NCBI GenBank assembly: GCA_965203965.1
Contig: CBDBDR010000017.1
Location: forward strand, 736,001 to 800,000
Source: Thermodesulfobacteriota bacterium
GTDB taxonomy: Bacteria > Desulfobacterota_D > UBA1144 > Nemesobacterales > JAJCZQ01
Length of the DNA: 64,000 nt
Direction of reading: 5' to 3'
Position 1 is the stretch's first letter; every line of letters begins with the position of its first letter. The position numbers and the translations under genes were made by a program. The notes under the pieces were generated by a model. It saw only the letters and a list, made by a program, of their open reading frames with translations. It did no database searches and had not been told where the DNA came from. Shown one piece after another: positions 54,542-63,710 of this stretch.

Positions 54542-54790
54542 ATGACACCAGACTTAATTATAATTCTTGTAATTCTTGTTTTAATCGTCCTCGTTGTGAT
54601 TTTAATGAACAAGAAAAAAGACGCGGTAGAAAGTAGCAAAGATTCCAACGCAAAACCAACCTCAGGTGATCCTGTTGATCCATTCAAGTCAAGTGTCTCA
54701 CGATCTTCAGAACCATCTGAAAAACCCTCAACTGATACAGACAATAAGGAAGACCCTGATCCTCAAGACCCATTCAAAGCTCCGGGATAA
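54542..54790 (+). CDS. Small single-pass membrane protein with acidic, Pro-rich tail
   Basis: Strong SD AAGGAGG, hydrophobic N-terminal helix followed by KKK, two DPxDPFK motifs. Confidence 0.75.
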   Translation: MTPDLIIILVILVLIVLVVILMNKKKDAVESSKDSNAKPTSGDPVDPFKSSVSRSSEPSEKPSTDTDNKEDPDPQDPFKAPG

Positions 54791-54809
54791 GTCTGAGGAC
54801 CGTATATTA

Positions 54810-55754
54810 TCAGCCCAAAAAGGATTCTATCTGAATAAAATTCCTTAGGTTTAAGATAGAATTCGGTGGAGGTTCTACTTTGAATGAGTTTAGATGTATT
54901 GTTCTTGCAACAATTTCAATACCTTCAACCAATCGTGGTCCAGGTCTACTGAAATAAGAATTTGCATCAACAAGATAAACATTCCCGTTTTGTGAAGCTG
55001 GAGTTTGATTCCATGCGGGATTTGATGTAACCGTACCAATTTCATCAAGAATCTTATCTATGTTAAATCCACAAGGCATAACAAAAATATAATGGGGTGC
55101 AAATTCCAATATTTGTTCCCAATTCACTCTCACAGATACCTCTCCTTTTTTACACAACCCATTCTCACCACCTGCAATCTCAACCATATCCGGAACCCAG
55201 TGTCCGGCAACAAAAGGAGGGTCAAGCCATTCAAGACAAAACACTCTGGGCAAGTCTCTTTTTTTCTGCGTTACCGATAAAATATCGTCAATTCTTTTTT
55301 GAAGATTTACTCTCAACTTATTAGCTTCCTTTGCCTTACCTGTAACTTCACCGATCGTAACTATTGATCCCAGCACTTCATCCATGGTTCCGGGTTCAAA
55401 TGAAACGATCTCCGGATTATTGTCCAACACTTCTGCCGCTTCCAACGTCTGAGTGTCAGACACTGCACACACTTCGCAAAGTCCCTGAGTGAAAATTATA
55501 TCTGGCTTTGCTTCCTTCAATTTTTCTATTTCCACCAAGTAAGTGCTTTTTCCCTCTTGCCTGTTTTTAACGACTAACTCATCTATCTCACGGCTTGACC
55601 GATTATGATGGCTAATACTACTCATAACAACCCTTGGCTTTTTCAACACAGATTCTGGGTAGTTGCATTCATGAGTAACTCCGACCAAATTGTCCTCTAA
55701 ACCCAGAGCACACACTATTTCTGTAACACTTGGCAGAAACGAGCAGATACGCAT
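54810..55754 (-). CDS. BtuF/TroA-like helical-backbone binding protein without signal peptide
   Basis: MRICSFLPSVTEIV, VGVTHEC, TQGLCEVCAV, LEWLDPPFVAGHWVP, FSRPGPRL. Confidence 0.8.
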   Translation of the reverse strand: MRICSFLPSVTEIVCALGLEDNLVGVTHECNYPESVLKKPRVVMSSISHHNRSSREIDELVVKNRQEGKSTYLVEIEKLKEAKPDIIFTQGLCEVCAVSDTQTLEAAEVLDNNPEIVSFEPGTMDEVLGSIVTIGEVTGKAKEANKLRVNLQKRIDDILSVTQKKRDLPRVFCLEWLDPPFVAGHWVPDMVEIAGGENGLCKKGEVSVRVNWEQILEFAPHYIFVMPCGFNIDKILDEIGTVTSNPAWNQTPASQNGNVYLVDANSYFSRPGPRLVEGIEIVARTIHLNSFKVEPPPNSILNLRNFIQIESFLG

Positions 55755-55994
55755 TATTTTCCTAAAAATTCAGACTTAGAAGCATATTCAGTTAATAGTT
55801 TCAAACAGTTCATTTTAATTACCTTTTCTATACACCGTTCTTGCAAACTATTCCTGACTAACTGTAACAATTCAATTAGTGTCTCCATGATGAGGGTTAA
55901 AGGGAACTTACCCTACATCATATTCTCAAAGGTCAGACTTAAACGAGTGGTCGGCAGGTGGGGCGGCACACCAGCCTCTTTGATCAATCATTGC

Positions 55995-57440
55995 TTAATA
56001 ACCAACGTAACCTTCCGGCCATCCAGCCAAACCAAGGTATGCGTGCTTTCTATCAGAAACGTTGTCACCGCCAGGTCGTGAGAATGGAATTTCATAGGGA
56101 GAATCCTTCTGTTCTACAAGCAGGTTCGTCTCAGCATCATAGTCATATATGGTAACTGTATGGGTCACCAAAGCACCAAGGACGTAAACATTCTTTTTGT
56201 CTCCCGTCATAAAGACATCCTTTGTATCTGCCGGAAAGTCATTGGCAGATTCCTCTGGCAACAAGCGCACCAGATTTTGGAGATGATTTAAAGTTGCCCC
56301 ACCTACAACAAAAGTTGAAACTGTGTTAGATGTAAAACTGGGAACTATAAGCAACTTGTTGTCGTCACTTAACCACGTCCAGCAGGCTTCAACACCTATA
56401 CCAGGCACCTGTGCATTACCACTGGCTTCAGAGGTGCCACTTGGATCGGATTTAAATACTTTAGATGTATCATCCGTTTTCAGTGCAGTTACACTGTGAG
56501 CAGGAACGTCAGCAGCAATGTTGAAGTTAGCAACGTATATATACTCATTATCAGAACTCCATGAAAAACCAATGCTCCCCGATACCCCTGTTTGTTGATA
56601 AAAACGCTCATTGTTTAAGCTAAGAGTTCCATCACTTACACTCACGTCATATAAATAGGTGCGACTCGGTCCTTGAAGACCTATATCAGCAGAAGTTGTA
56701 AAATGTGGAACACCCCACGTGGTAACCGCAAGCATGCTTCCGTCGGGGCTGAAGGAAACCTGTGAAGGTCCTCCATAATCAGGAGAATTATAGGTGGTAA
56801 GCACAGTAGGATCAGTCAACATTCCATTTGCAAAGGTAAATGCCCGCAGATTGCGTTTATCCGTGGGAACCAATGAACCTGAAGTGCCATCTCCAAGCTG
56901 GATTCCGTTCTGGTCAGTGCAAGTATTCAGCAAAGGTGGGTCTGCCGGCGTAAAGCAAAGTGGATTGGAATATTGATTAGCAATAACCACGAACGTCTTA
57001 TCATCTGATTTCAGATAATCAATGCTGACGGGACGAACACCTCCCGAGTCAACTATTTGATTGAACCTTAAGGAGCCATCATTATTAATGGCAAAAACAG
57101 TGACGCTACCGTTGCCCTCCGCAACTCTTTCAACACCAGAATGATCACCGGCATTAACAACCAGCAGATAATTATCTATTACTCTTATTGACGATTGCCC
57201 ATCAAAATCTCCATCATCAGCATCTCCCACGCCATTTGTAGTGTAAGTCGTGTCAACCTGTTCCAGTTGGCCGTTTTCCTTAATAGCAAAAGAGACGACG
57301 TGATTGCCACTGCTATCATTGGTACTGGAATATAAATGAGACTGGGTCACCGTATCTGTGGAATCATCATCACAGGCAACAATTAGTAAAATAATGAATA
57401 CCAGCGCAGCATATTTAATTAAGGGGTTTGTATAATTCAT
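55995..57440 (-). CDS. Beta-propeller lipoprotein (lactonase-like)
   Basis: Lipobox IVAC; repeats YLLVVNAG, SGGVRPVSI, VSFSPDGSML, WSSDNEYIYVANF, ACWTWLSDD; SD GGAGGT. Confidence 0.75.
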   Translation of the reverse strand: MNYTNPLIKYAALVFIILLIVACDDDSTDTVTQSHLYSSTNDSSGNHVVSFAIKENGQLEQVDTTYTTNGVGDADDGDFDGQSSIRVIDNYLLVVNAGDHSGVERVAEGNGSVTVFAINNDGSLRFNQIVDSGGVRPVSIDYLKSDDKTFVVIANQYSNPLCFTPADPPLLNTCTDQNGIQLGDGTSGSLVPTDKRNLRAFTFANGMLTDPTVLTTYNSPDYGGPSQVSFSPDGSMLAVTTWGVPHFTTSADIGLQGPSRTYLYDVSVSDGTLSLNNERFYQQTGVSGSIGFSWSSDNEYIYVANFNIAADVPAHSVTALKTDDTSKVFKSDPSGTSEASGNAQVPGIGVEACWTWLSDDNKLLIVPSFTSNTVSTFVVGGATLNHLQNLVRLLPEESANDFPADTKDVFMTGDKKNVYVLGALVTHTVTIYDYDAETNLLVEQKDSPYEIPFSRPGGDNVSDRKHAYLGLAGWPEGYVGY

Positions 57441-57559
57441 CTCAATTACCTCCTATGGTACTGGAGTCTATTCGTATTAAATCATAAAACAATATCAAAT
57501 GTCAACTACCTTGATTGGTCAGAGTAATGGCATAGCTAAATTCCCTACTGAGTGGACAA

Positions 57560-57675
57560 AATGCAATCGGATTGATGGTTCAACAAGGTTGGTAGGCAAT
57601 CCCTAAACATTTCCATTATGTGGATACGATGAATATGCTGTTATGCCCAATCATGTTCACGGCATTTTATTATCA
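57560..57675 (+). pseudogene. Fragment of a REP-associated (RAYT/Y1 HUH) tyrosine transposase
   Basis: NAIGLMVQQGW*AIPKHFHYVD, then a frameshift to DEYAVMPNHVHGILL (HUH motif); one stop, one frameshift. Confidence 0.8.
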
Positions 57676-57744
57676 GAGGTTCAGAATCACAGGCGAAGTC
57701 CGTCGCTGTAGGGTGACATCTACACCATGATGATATTGATATTG

Positions 57745-57873
57745 CTTGCCAGTTGACAACCGTGGCTTTGCCATTGCAGGTCTTGTGATCTACAACCGCT
57801 GCAGCTCCTTGCGATGGCTTGGCTGAAACACAACACCCGCATGCAGTGAAAAGCCAGATTGTATGCTCGCAAG
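57745..57873 (-). pseudogene. Fragment of an IS91/ISCR-type rolling-circle transposase
   Basis: SGFSLHAGVVFQPSHRKELQRL*ITRPAMAKPRLS matches the GFSLHAGV...LERLCRYITRP...RLS motif; the catalytic Y region is lost. Confidence 0.78.
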
Positions 57874-57896
57874 CTCATTCGGCATTCTTTCTTATC

Positions 57897-58122
57897 GGCC
57901 GCGATTCCGTGACACTCCACTGGGGACCAGACCAAATTAAGGGAACGGCGGTACCTATTCTGCCTTAAGCGAAACAAACTCAAATCCAACAAAAAGTAAT
58001 AGAGTCATCTAACCTGCGAAGACAATTCAAACACCTGATAGAATGCTCCAAGCATGCGTTGAAAATTACAATATAGCAAGACGAACAAACGGCTATTGAT
58101 TAGCTGGAACAACAAACTGATT
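57897..58122 (+). pseudogene. C-terminal fragment of a restriction-modification specificity (HsdS-like) subunit
   Basis: SVTLHWGPDQIKGTAVPILP*AKQTQIQQKVIES...HLIECSKHALKITI*QDEQTAID*LE; IP-x-P..Q..I helix pattern; three in-frame stops (57966, 58074, 58101). Confidence 0.6.
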
Positions 58123-59343
58123 TTACCACAAAGGATTAAAAACCATGCCGGAAAGTATTTTAGGATAAAAATAAGTCGTTTTGTGAGGCATTTTTTCTCC
58201 GTCAAGAACAACCTCAAATATATCACCAGCCTTTATCTTGGGAAGTAAGAACCCCGCTTCATATTCACCACTTCGGATCAATTCACACAGTTCACCGTCA
58301 AACTTGGTGTATAGGATTCCGGCGTTCTCTTCATTTATGATCTCTTTGAAAATAAGATTGTGAAGCTGCATTACTGCTAAATTCTGATAGTTTTTGGGTT
58401 GCTTATTTTTGGGTTTGAGCATGTGTCTTGACTCACAAGAACCTAAGACAACTACTATCTCATCAAAAGCCAACTCGATGGTCTCATCTTCTCTGTATTC
58501 CGTCAATTCAAAGTATTTACCCAGTCTCTCAAGCAACTCATCTCTGGATAGTCCGGTTTGTTTTACAACCCTGTGCGTGGGATTTATTATTAAACCTTCC
58601 CCCTCTGCTCTTGAAAGATACATCATCACGTAATTGTAAGGCTTTTCTTGCTGACCTGCCCCGTTCCCACTTTTTTGCTGATTTCTATAGTTAATTGCAG
58701 TTTCATACCTGTGATGACCATCGGCTATAAGCAGGTTTTTATCAATCATCTTGTTCGTGATCTCTTTAATAACTGATTGGTCTGAAACCTTCCAGAATCG
58801 GTTTTTAACGCCCTCGCTTGTAGTTACATCCATCAGTGGGTGCTCGTTAATAGAACCGTCAATCAAATTCTCCACGTATCCACTCTCATCGGAATAAACT
58901 GCAAAAACCTGACTCAAGTTAGCACTGCATGCAGTAGTCAATTTCAATCTGTCATCCTTGTATTTTTTAAACGTCTGCTCATGGGGAAGAACCACTTTAG
59001 ATGCAAAATCCTCAATTTTTACAACAGCTATAAATCCCTTTCTTGTGAAAACCTTACCCTCGAACTCAAAATCCTGATAACACGGATAAATTGAAGGGAC
59101 ACTCTCTCGTATTAAAACCGAATCATCAAGCCATTTGTTAAACGTAGTGCTGGCATTTGTATACTTATCATTCCCTTCACCTCTAGCAAGGATCAATCTG
59201 ATTACGTTATAAGGATCCAGATGATAAAACTCCTCTTGCTTCTGCTTATCAATCACATCATAAGGTGGAGCAACAACCTTGGATAAATCATCAACCTTAT
59301 CGGTGTTATAAGTAATTCCCTTAAAGCCCTTGACTATTGCCAA
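58123..59343 (-). CDS. DUF1015 family protein (ParB/Srx-like core)
   Basis: APPYDVI, VLPHEQT, IADGHHRYETA, INPTHR, MPHKTTYFYPK. Confidence 0.88.
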   Translation of the reverse strand: MAIVKGFKGITYNTDKVDDLSKVVAPPYDVIDKQKQEEFYHLDPYNVIRLILARGEGNDKYTNASTTFNKWLDDSVLIRESVPSIYPCYQDFEFEGKVFTRKGFIAVVKIEDFASKVVLPHEQTFKKYKDDRLKLTTACSANLSQVFAVYSDESGYVENLIDGSINEHPLMDVTTSEGVKNRFWKVSDQSVIKEITNKMIDKNLLIADGHHRYETAINYRNQQKSGNGAGQQEKPYNYVMMYLSRAEGEGLIINPTHRVVKQTGLSRDELLERLGKYFELTEYREDETIELAFDEIVVVLGSCESRHMLKPKNKQPKNYQNLAVMQLHNLIFKEIINEENAGILYTKFDGELCELIRSGEYEAGFLLPKIKAGDIFEVVLDGEKMPHKTTYFYPKILSGMVFNPLW

Positions 59344-59959
59344 CGAAAAACTCCTTCAATTCTCTCTCGTGTAAGTCCCCTTCTCTGAGAATTACGGGTG
59401 GATATACGGTCATATCTAGTATTGTGGAACCTTTAGAGGCAGGTAAGTTACCAGAATCAACTATAAGGTCAACCTTATCAACGAACTGATCAATTATTTC
59501 TTCAATCGTTACGGGTTGTTCCTGTCCGCTGATATTTGCACTTGTTGAAGTAACGGGAACGTCAATAAATTCAAAAAGCCTGCCAACAAACTGATTTGAC
59601 GATACCCTGACTCCGACCTTTCCAGTTCCCGCTGAAAGCTCGTCCGGAAATTTGAACCTTTGTTCCAATACTATTGTCAGTGGAAGCCCAACGAATTTTT
59701 CATACAGTTGTATATGAACATTGTTGATCTTAAAATACCTTTTTATCATATCAACATCCTTAGCCAGTGTTAAAAGAGGCTTGCCGGATCCTCTTTTTTT
59801 TATATTGAATATTCTGTTGATCGCACTACCGTTGTCTGCAAGCGATCCAATGCCGTATAGAGTTTCCGTAGGATAAACGACAATTCCACTACTTTTGAGA
59901 ATTCCGGCGGCATGCCCGGCACATTGGTCGTCTAAGGATGATAGTATTTTCGCTTTCAT
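59321..59959 (-). CDS. tsaC: L-threonylcarbamoyladenylate synthase (short YrdC type)
   Basis: YPTETLYG, IKKR..KPL, VGVR, STSANISG, GSTILD, ILREG. Confidence 0.93.
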   Translation of the reverse strand: MKAKILSSLDDQCAGHAAGILKSSGIVVYPTETLYGIGSLADNGSAINRIFNIKKRGSGKPLLTLAKDVDMIKRYFKINNVHIQLYEKFVGLPLTIVLEQRFKFPDELSAGTGKVGVRVSSNQFVGRLFEFIDVPVTSTSANISGQEQPVTIEEIIDQFVDKVDLIVDSGNLPASKGSTILDMTVYPPVILREGDLHERELKEFFVGNSQGL

Positions 59960-60068
59960 TGCAATGACTTTTAAGTCTTCACCAAAAACTATTTGATAGT
60001 TTAGCTAAACAAACATCATCTGAAATATAATATATAGTATAATATCAAGTGATACGGAAGAGTGCTTA

Positions 60069-61535
60069 GTGAATAAAGAATTAAAGAACACCTTGAAAAA
60101 CAAGTTAAGTTATATCCTGTGTCCGGATGCAATCCTTTCAACTGACGAACAACTTGTTGCGTATGAATGTGATGGTTTGACAAACTACAGAGTAAAACCA
60201 CAATTTGTGGTTCTGCCTTCCAACACGGAACAGGTCTCAAAAGTAGTAAAACTATGCCATGAATATGAAATACCCTTTGTGCCACGTGGTGCAGGAACTG
60301 GCTTATCCGGGGGAGCATTACCTGATAAGGATGGGATACTGATATGTCTTTCCAAAATGAATAGAATATTAGAGATAGATATTAACAACAGGTTTGTGGT
60401 TGTTGAGCCGGGCGTAGTCAACAGACGAGTCAGTGAAGCCGTGGATAAATACGGGTTTTATTATGCACCGGATCCATCCAGCCAAATTGTCTGCACAATT
60501 GGCGGGAACGTAGCAGAAAACTCCGGCGGCGTGCACTGCCTGAAATATGGAGTTACCACAAACCACGTGCTCGGTGTTGAAATGGTTTTATCAAGTGGAC
60601 AGATTGTAGAGATAGGAGGTAGAACACAGGACTCTCCGGGTTATGACCTTTTGAGCATTGTAATAGGCTCGGAAGGTATTTTGGGCATTGTGACCAAAGT
60701 TATTTTAAAAATTACAAGGAAACCGCAATTGGTAAAAACCCTTCTTGCTTCATTTGAACGCATAGAACAGGCAGGCTCATCGGTATCGGGAATTATTGCA
60801 AGGGGTGTTATACCGGCGGGTATGGAAATAATGGACAACACCTGCATAAAAGCCGTTCAAAAATCTGTAAATGCAGGTTATCCTGAAGACGCAGGGGCAA
60901 TACTGCTGGTGGAGCTTGACGGATTTACTGCTGAGGTTGAATCGCAGTTGCCAATAACAGAAAGGGTTTTAAGGAAAAATTTTGCAAAAGAGATCAGAAT
61001 AGCCAAAAATGAAGCAGAGAGAGAACTACTTTGGAAAGGAAGAAAAAGCGCTTTTGCCGCAATGGGTAGGATAAGCCCGGACTACTATGTTCAAGATGGG
61101 GTAATCCCCAGGTTCAAATTAGCTGAGGTTCTTGGAGAAATAAACAAGTTGAGCAATGAATACGGTCTGACCGTTGCAAACGTCTTTCACGCCGGTGATG
61201 GTAATCTGCACCCCCTTATACTTTACAACTCTAAAACTGAGGGCGAGTTTGAAAAAGTTGAGAAACTAGCGGGCAGAATATTACAGGTTTGCGTGGATTC
61301 AGGTGGAAGCATTACGGGTGAACATGGAGTAGGTTACGACAAAAAGAGTTACATAACTATGATGTTCAATGAGCAGGAAATGGACACCATGAATCTTATC
61401 AGATGCACATTTGACCCAAAGGGAATATGCAACCCGGGTAAGATGTTTCCAACTCCAAGAACCTGTGCTGAACACGGAATGTCGTATGAAAGAACAGTTA
61501 ATCTCCAAAGTCATGCCGAGGGAGAGTTGTTCTGA
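60069..61535 (+). CDS. glcD: Glycolate oxidase FAD subunit
   Basis: RGAGTGLSGG, YAPDPSSQIVCTIGGNVAENSGGVHCLKYG, HAGDGNLHPLI, ITGEHGVG. Confidence 0.92.
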   Translation: MNKELKNTLKNKLSYILCPDAILSTDEQLVAYECDGLTNYRVKPQFVVLPSNTEQVSKVVKLCHEYEIPFVPRGAGTGLSGGALPDKDGILICLSKMNRILEIDINNRFVVVEPGVVNRRVSEAVDKYGFYYAPDPSSQIVCTIGGNVAENSGGVHCLKYGVTTNHVLGVEMVLSSGQIVEIGGRTQDSPGYDLLSIVIGSEGILGIVTKVILKITRKPQLVKTLLASFERIEQAGSSVSGIIARGVIPAGMEIMDNTCIKAVQKSVNAGYPEDAGAILLVELDGFTAEVESQLPITERVLRKNFAKEIRIAKNEAERELLWKGRKSAFAAMGRISPDYYVQDGVIPRFKLAEVLGEINKLSNEYGLTVANVFHAGDGNLHPLILYNSKTEGEFEKVEKLAGRILQVCVDSGGSITGEHGVGYDKKSYITMMFNEQEMDTMNLIRCTFDPKGICNPGKMFPTPRTCAEHGMSYERTVNLQSHAEGELF

Positions 61536-61546
61536 TCAAACCTTAT

Positions 61547-62863
61547 ATGAATATCAATATTGAAGAGTTTATAAGCCTGCTGAACGGATCAAGTGTAATA
61601 TTTAGAAAGGACAAACTGACCAGATTTGCAGTTTACAAACAACTCCCGCGTGTCGCCGTTGTTCCAGAAACTTATGAGCAGGTTTCAAAAGCCGTAAAGT
61701 ATTGCAACGATAATAATTTAAGCATTATTCCCGTTGGAAGTGGCACAAAAATTTCACTCGGGAATAAACCTAACTCCTATAACGTTGCCATTAGCATGGA
61801 AAAGCTCAACAATGTTATCCATCACAATGAAATAGACTTTACCGTTACGGTTCAGGCAGGTGCAAAATTAGAACGTGTCCAGCAGCAACTTATAAAAAAA
61901 AATCAGTTTATTGCACTTGACCCTCCGATGACGGAGCAGGGGGCCACGATTGGTGGGGTCATCTCCTCGAATGACAGTGGCCCATCAAGGTTGATGTATA
62001 AAACCTGCAAGGAGCAGATACTTGAAATTAAAGTCGTGAGAGCAGACGGTAGTATTATAAGAGGCGGTGCAAAAGTTGTTAAAAACGTTGCAGGTTATGA
62101 CTTACCAAAACTGTTTGTAGGCTCTGTGGGAACGCTTGGTATAATTGTTGAAGCAACCTTAAAGACGTATCCGGTTGCTGAAAAATCTGTCTCATTCATT
62201 TTTGGCGTAAATAACGTAGATGAATTGAACAGATCAACTGCATCCATACTTGACGCTGATGTATCCCTGACTGCTTTGGAAATCGCAAACCATAGTCTTG
62301 CAAAACATATTTCTCAATCCGCTGGACTTAGGGAATTAAGTGGATTTGCCTACCTAACTGTTTTGAAAATTGAAAATGTATCAAAATCAGTGGATGAGCA
62401 GATTGAAGTTGTCAAACGCATTCTCAAGAATGAAGGTATTAATGGGATTATTATAAAAAATGACGACACCGTTTGGAGACACATACGAAATTTTCCATTC
62501 TTAGATTTAACTGAAAGTGCATCATGTAAAATCAACGTGCTTATTACAGACGTTTCAAAAATTATTGAATACATTGAAGAAATTACCAAAAACTTAAACT
62601 TGGTATTCTTTATATCCGCAAAAGCAGGTATTGGTTCAATACAGACTTTAATTAAGGGCAAAAGCAAAGATATAAAGATGTGCATAGATCTTCTCAGAAG
62701 TTATGCTACAAATTTGAGGGGAAATGTTATTGTTCAAAAATCACCTGGTGAATTTGACGAGATTGATCCGTGGAAAAATCTGGTGTCCTCTTACGAGCTA
62801 ATGAAAGCTCTGAAGGTGAACTTTGATCCCAAGAACATACTGGGGCCAGGGAAACTATTATAG
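61547..62863 (+). CDS. glcE: Glycolate oxidase FAD-binding subunit
   Basis: ATIGG, GGAKVVKNVAGYDLPKL, FDPKNIL; follows glcD. Confidence 0.85.
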   Translation: MNINIEEFISLLNGSSVIFRKDKLTRFAVYKQLPRVAVVPETYEQVSKAVKYCNDNNLSIIPVGSGTKISLGNKPNSYNVAISMEKLNNVIHHNEIDFTVTVQAGAKLERVQQQLIKKNQFIALDPPMTEQGATIGGVISSNDSGPSRLMYKTCKEQILEIKVVRADGSIIRGGAKVVKNVAGYDLPKLFVGSVGTLGIIVEATLKTYPVAEKSVSFIFGVNNVDELNRSTASILDADVSLTALEIANHSLAKHISQSAGLRELSGFAYLTVLKIENVSKSVDEQIEVVKRILKNEGINGIIIKNDDTVWRHIRNFPFLDLTESASCKINVLITDVSKIIEYIEEITKNLNLVFFISAKAGIGSIQTLIKGKSKDIKMCIDLLRSYATNLRGNVIVQKSPGEFDEIDPWKNLVSSYELMKALKVNFDPKNILGPGKLL

Positions 62864-62943
62864 ACACGGCAAATAACGAAGCTCTAAATTTACGAGTTTC
62901 TAAGATTAGTCACACAAAATAAAAACTTCCAAGCCCAACAACA

Positions 62944-63708
62944 ATGATCAGAAGGAAATCACAGAGCGGATGGATTTTATTTACTCAGAACGACCATGCA
63001 AAACTTGCAGGAGATATAATGAATTTTTGGGGTAATGATCGTTTCTCATCCATAAAACCTTTTGAGAAAGTTATACATGCCATAAATAATCACGACTCCG
63101 GGTGGATAAATTGGGACAATAAACCTAAAATAAGCACTCAAAACCACTATCCAGTAAACTTTATGGAAATGAACTCTGATGAGCAGAAGGAAATATGGAT
63201 AAACAGCTTTGAAGACATCTCTGACGGAAAAGGTTATTCATCAGCTTTAATAGCCCTTCACTTTTGCAGTCTGAACGAAAAATCCACGTGCAACAACCTT
63301 AGTGGCAACAGCCCCTCAGAGTTGAATAAAAAAACAAGGGATATTGTCACTTCTGTTTTTGGTGTTGGATACAATTCACTCAAAGACAATGACCTTCCCC
63401 TGGTGGTAAAAACCAACTTAAAATTCCTACAGATAGGAGATATTATTTCACTTGCCCTTTGCCATGGCTGGGTATCAAACGAGCTGAGAAATGTACCCAT
63501 AAACTATGAAGACAGCACAAAAAATATAACTTTGAAATCAACAGACGGCTTTAAATACAGAATATATCCCAATCCGTTTTCAGTAAAAAAACTTGATGTC
63601 AGCATAATGGGGAAAAGACTGTTGAAAAAAAAATTTGATAATGATGATAACCTCCGAGCGTCATTGAAAAAATCACAATTGGAAAGATTTTATTTCACCA
63701 TAGAGTAA
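62944..63708 (+). CDS. DUF3891-like protein
   Basis: [48 protein letters not shown]. Confidence 0.75.
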   Translation: MIRRKSQSGWILFTQNDHAKLAGDIMNFWGNDRFSSIKPFEKVIHAINNHDSGWINWDNKPKISTQNHYPVNFMEMNSDEQKEIWINSFEDISDGKGYSSALIALHFCSLNEKSTCNNLSGNSPSELNKKTRDIVTSVFGVGYNSLKDNDLPLVVKTNLKFLQIGDIISLALCHGWVSNELRNVPINYEDSTKNITLKSTDGFKYRIYPNPFSVKKLDVSIMGKRLLKKKFDNDDNLRASLKKSQLERFYFTIE

Positions 63709-63710
63709 AT

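Noticed and set aside
55755..55994. Cobalamin riboswitch upstream of the BtuF-like gene; hairpin at 55887-55921
   Set aside because: The AGGGAA motif is on the wrong strand and no B12 box is visible; the hairpin alone is not diagnostic.
57720..58226. Track ORFs 57720-57992 and 58005-58226 as genes
   Set aside because: They are alternative frames over the relic fragments and the DUF1015 end.
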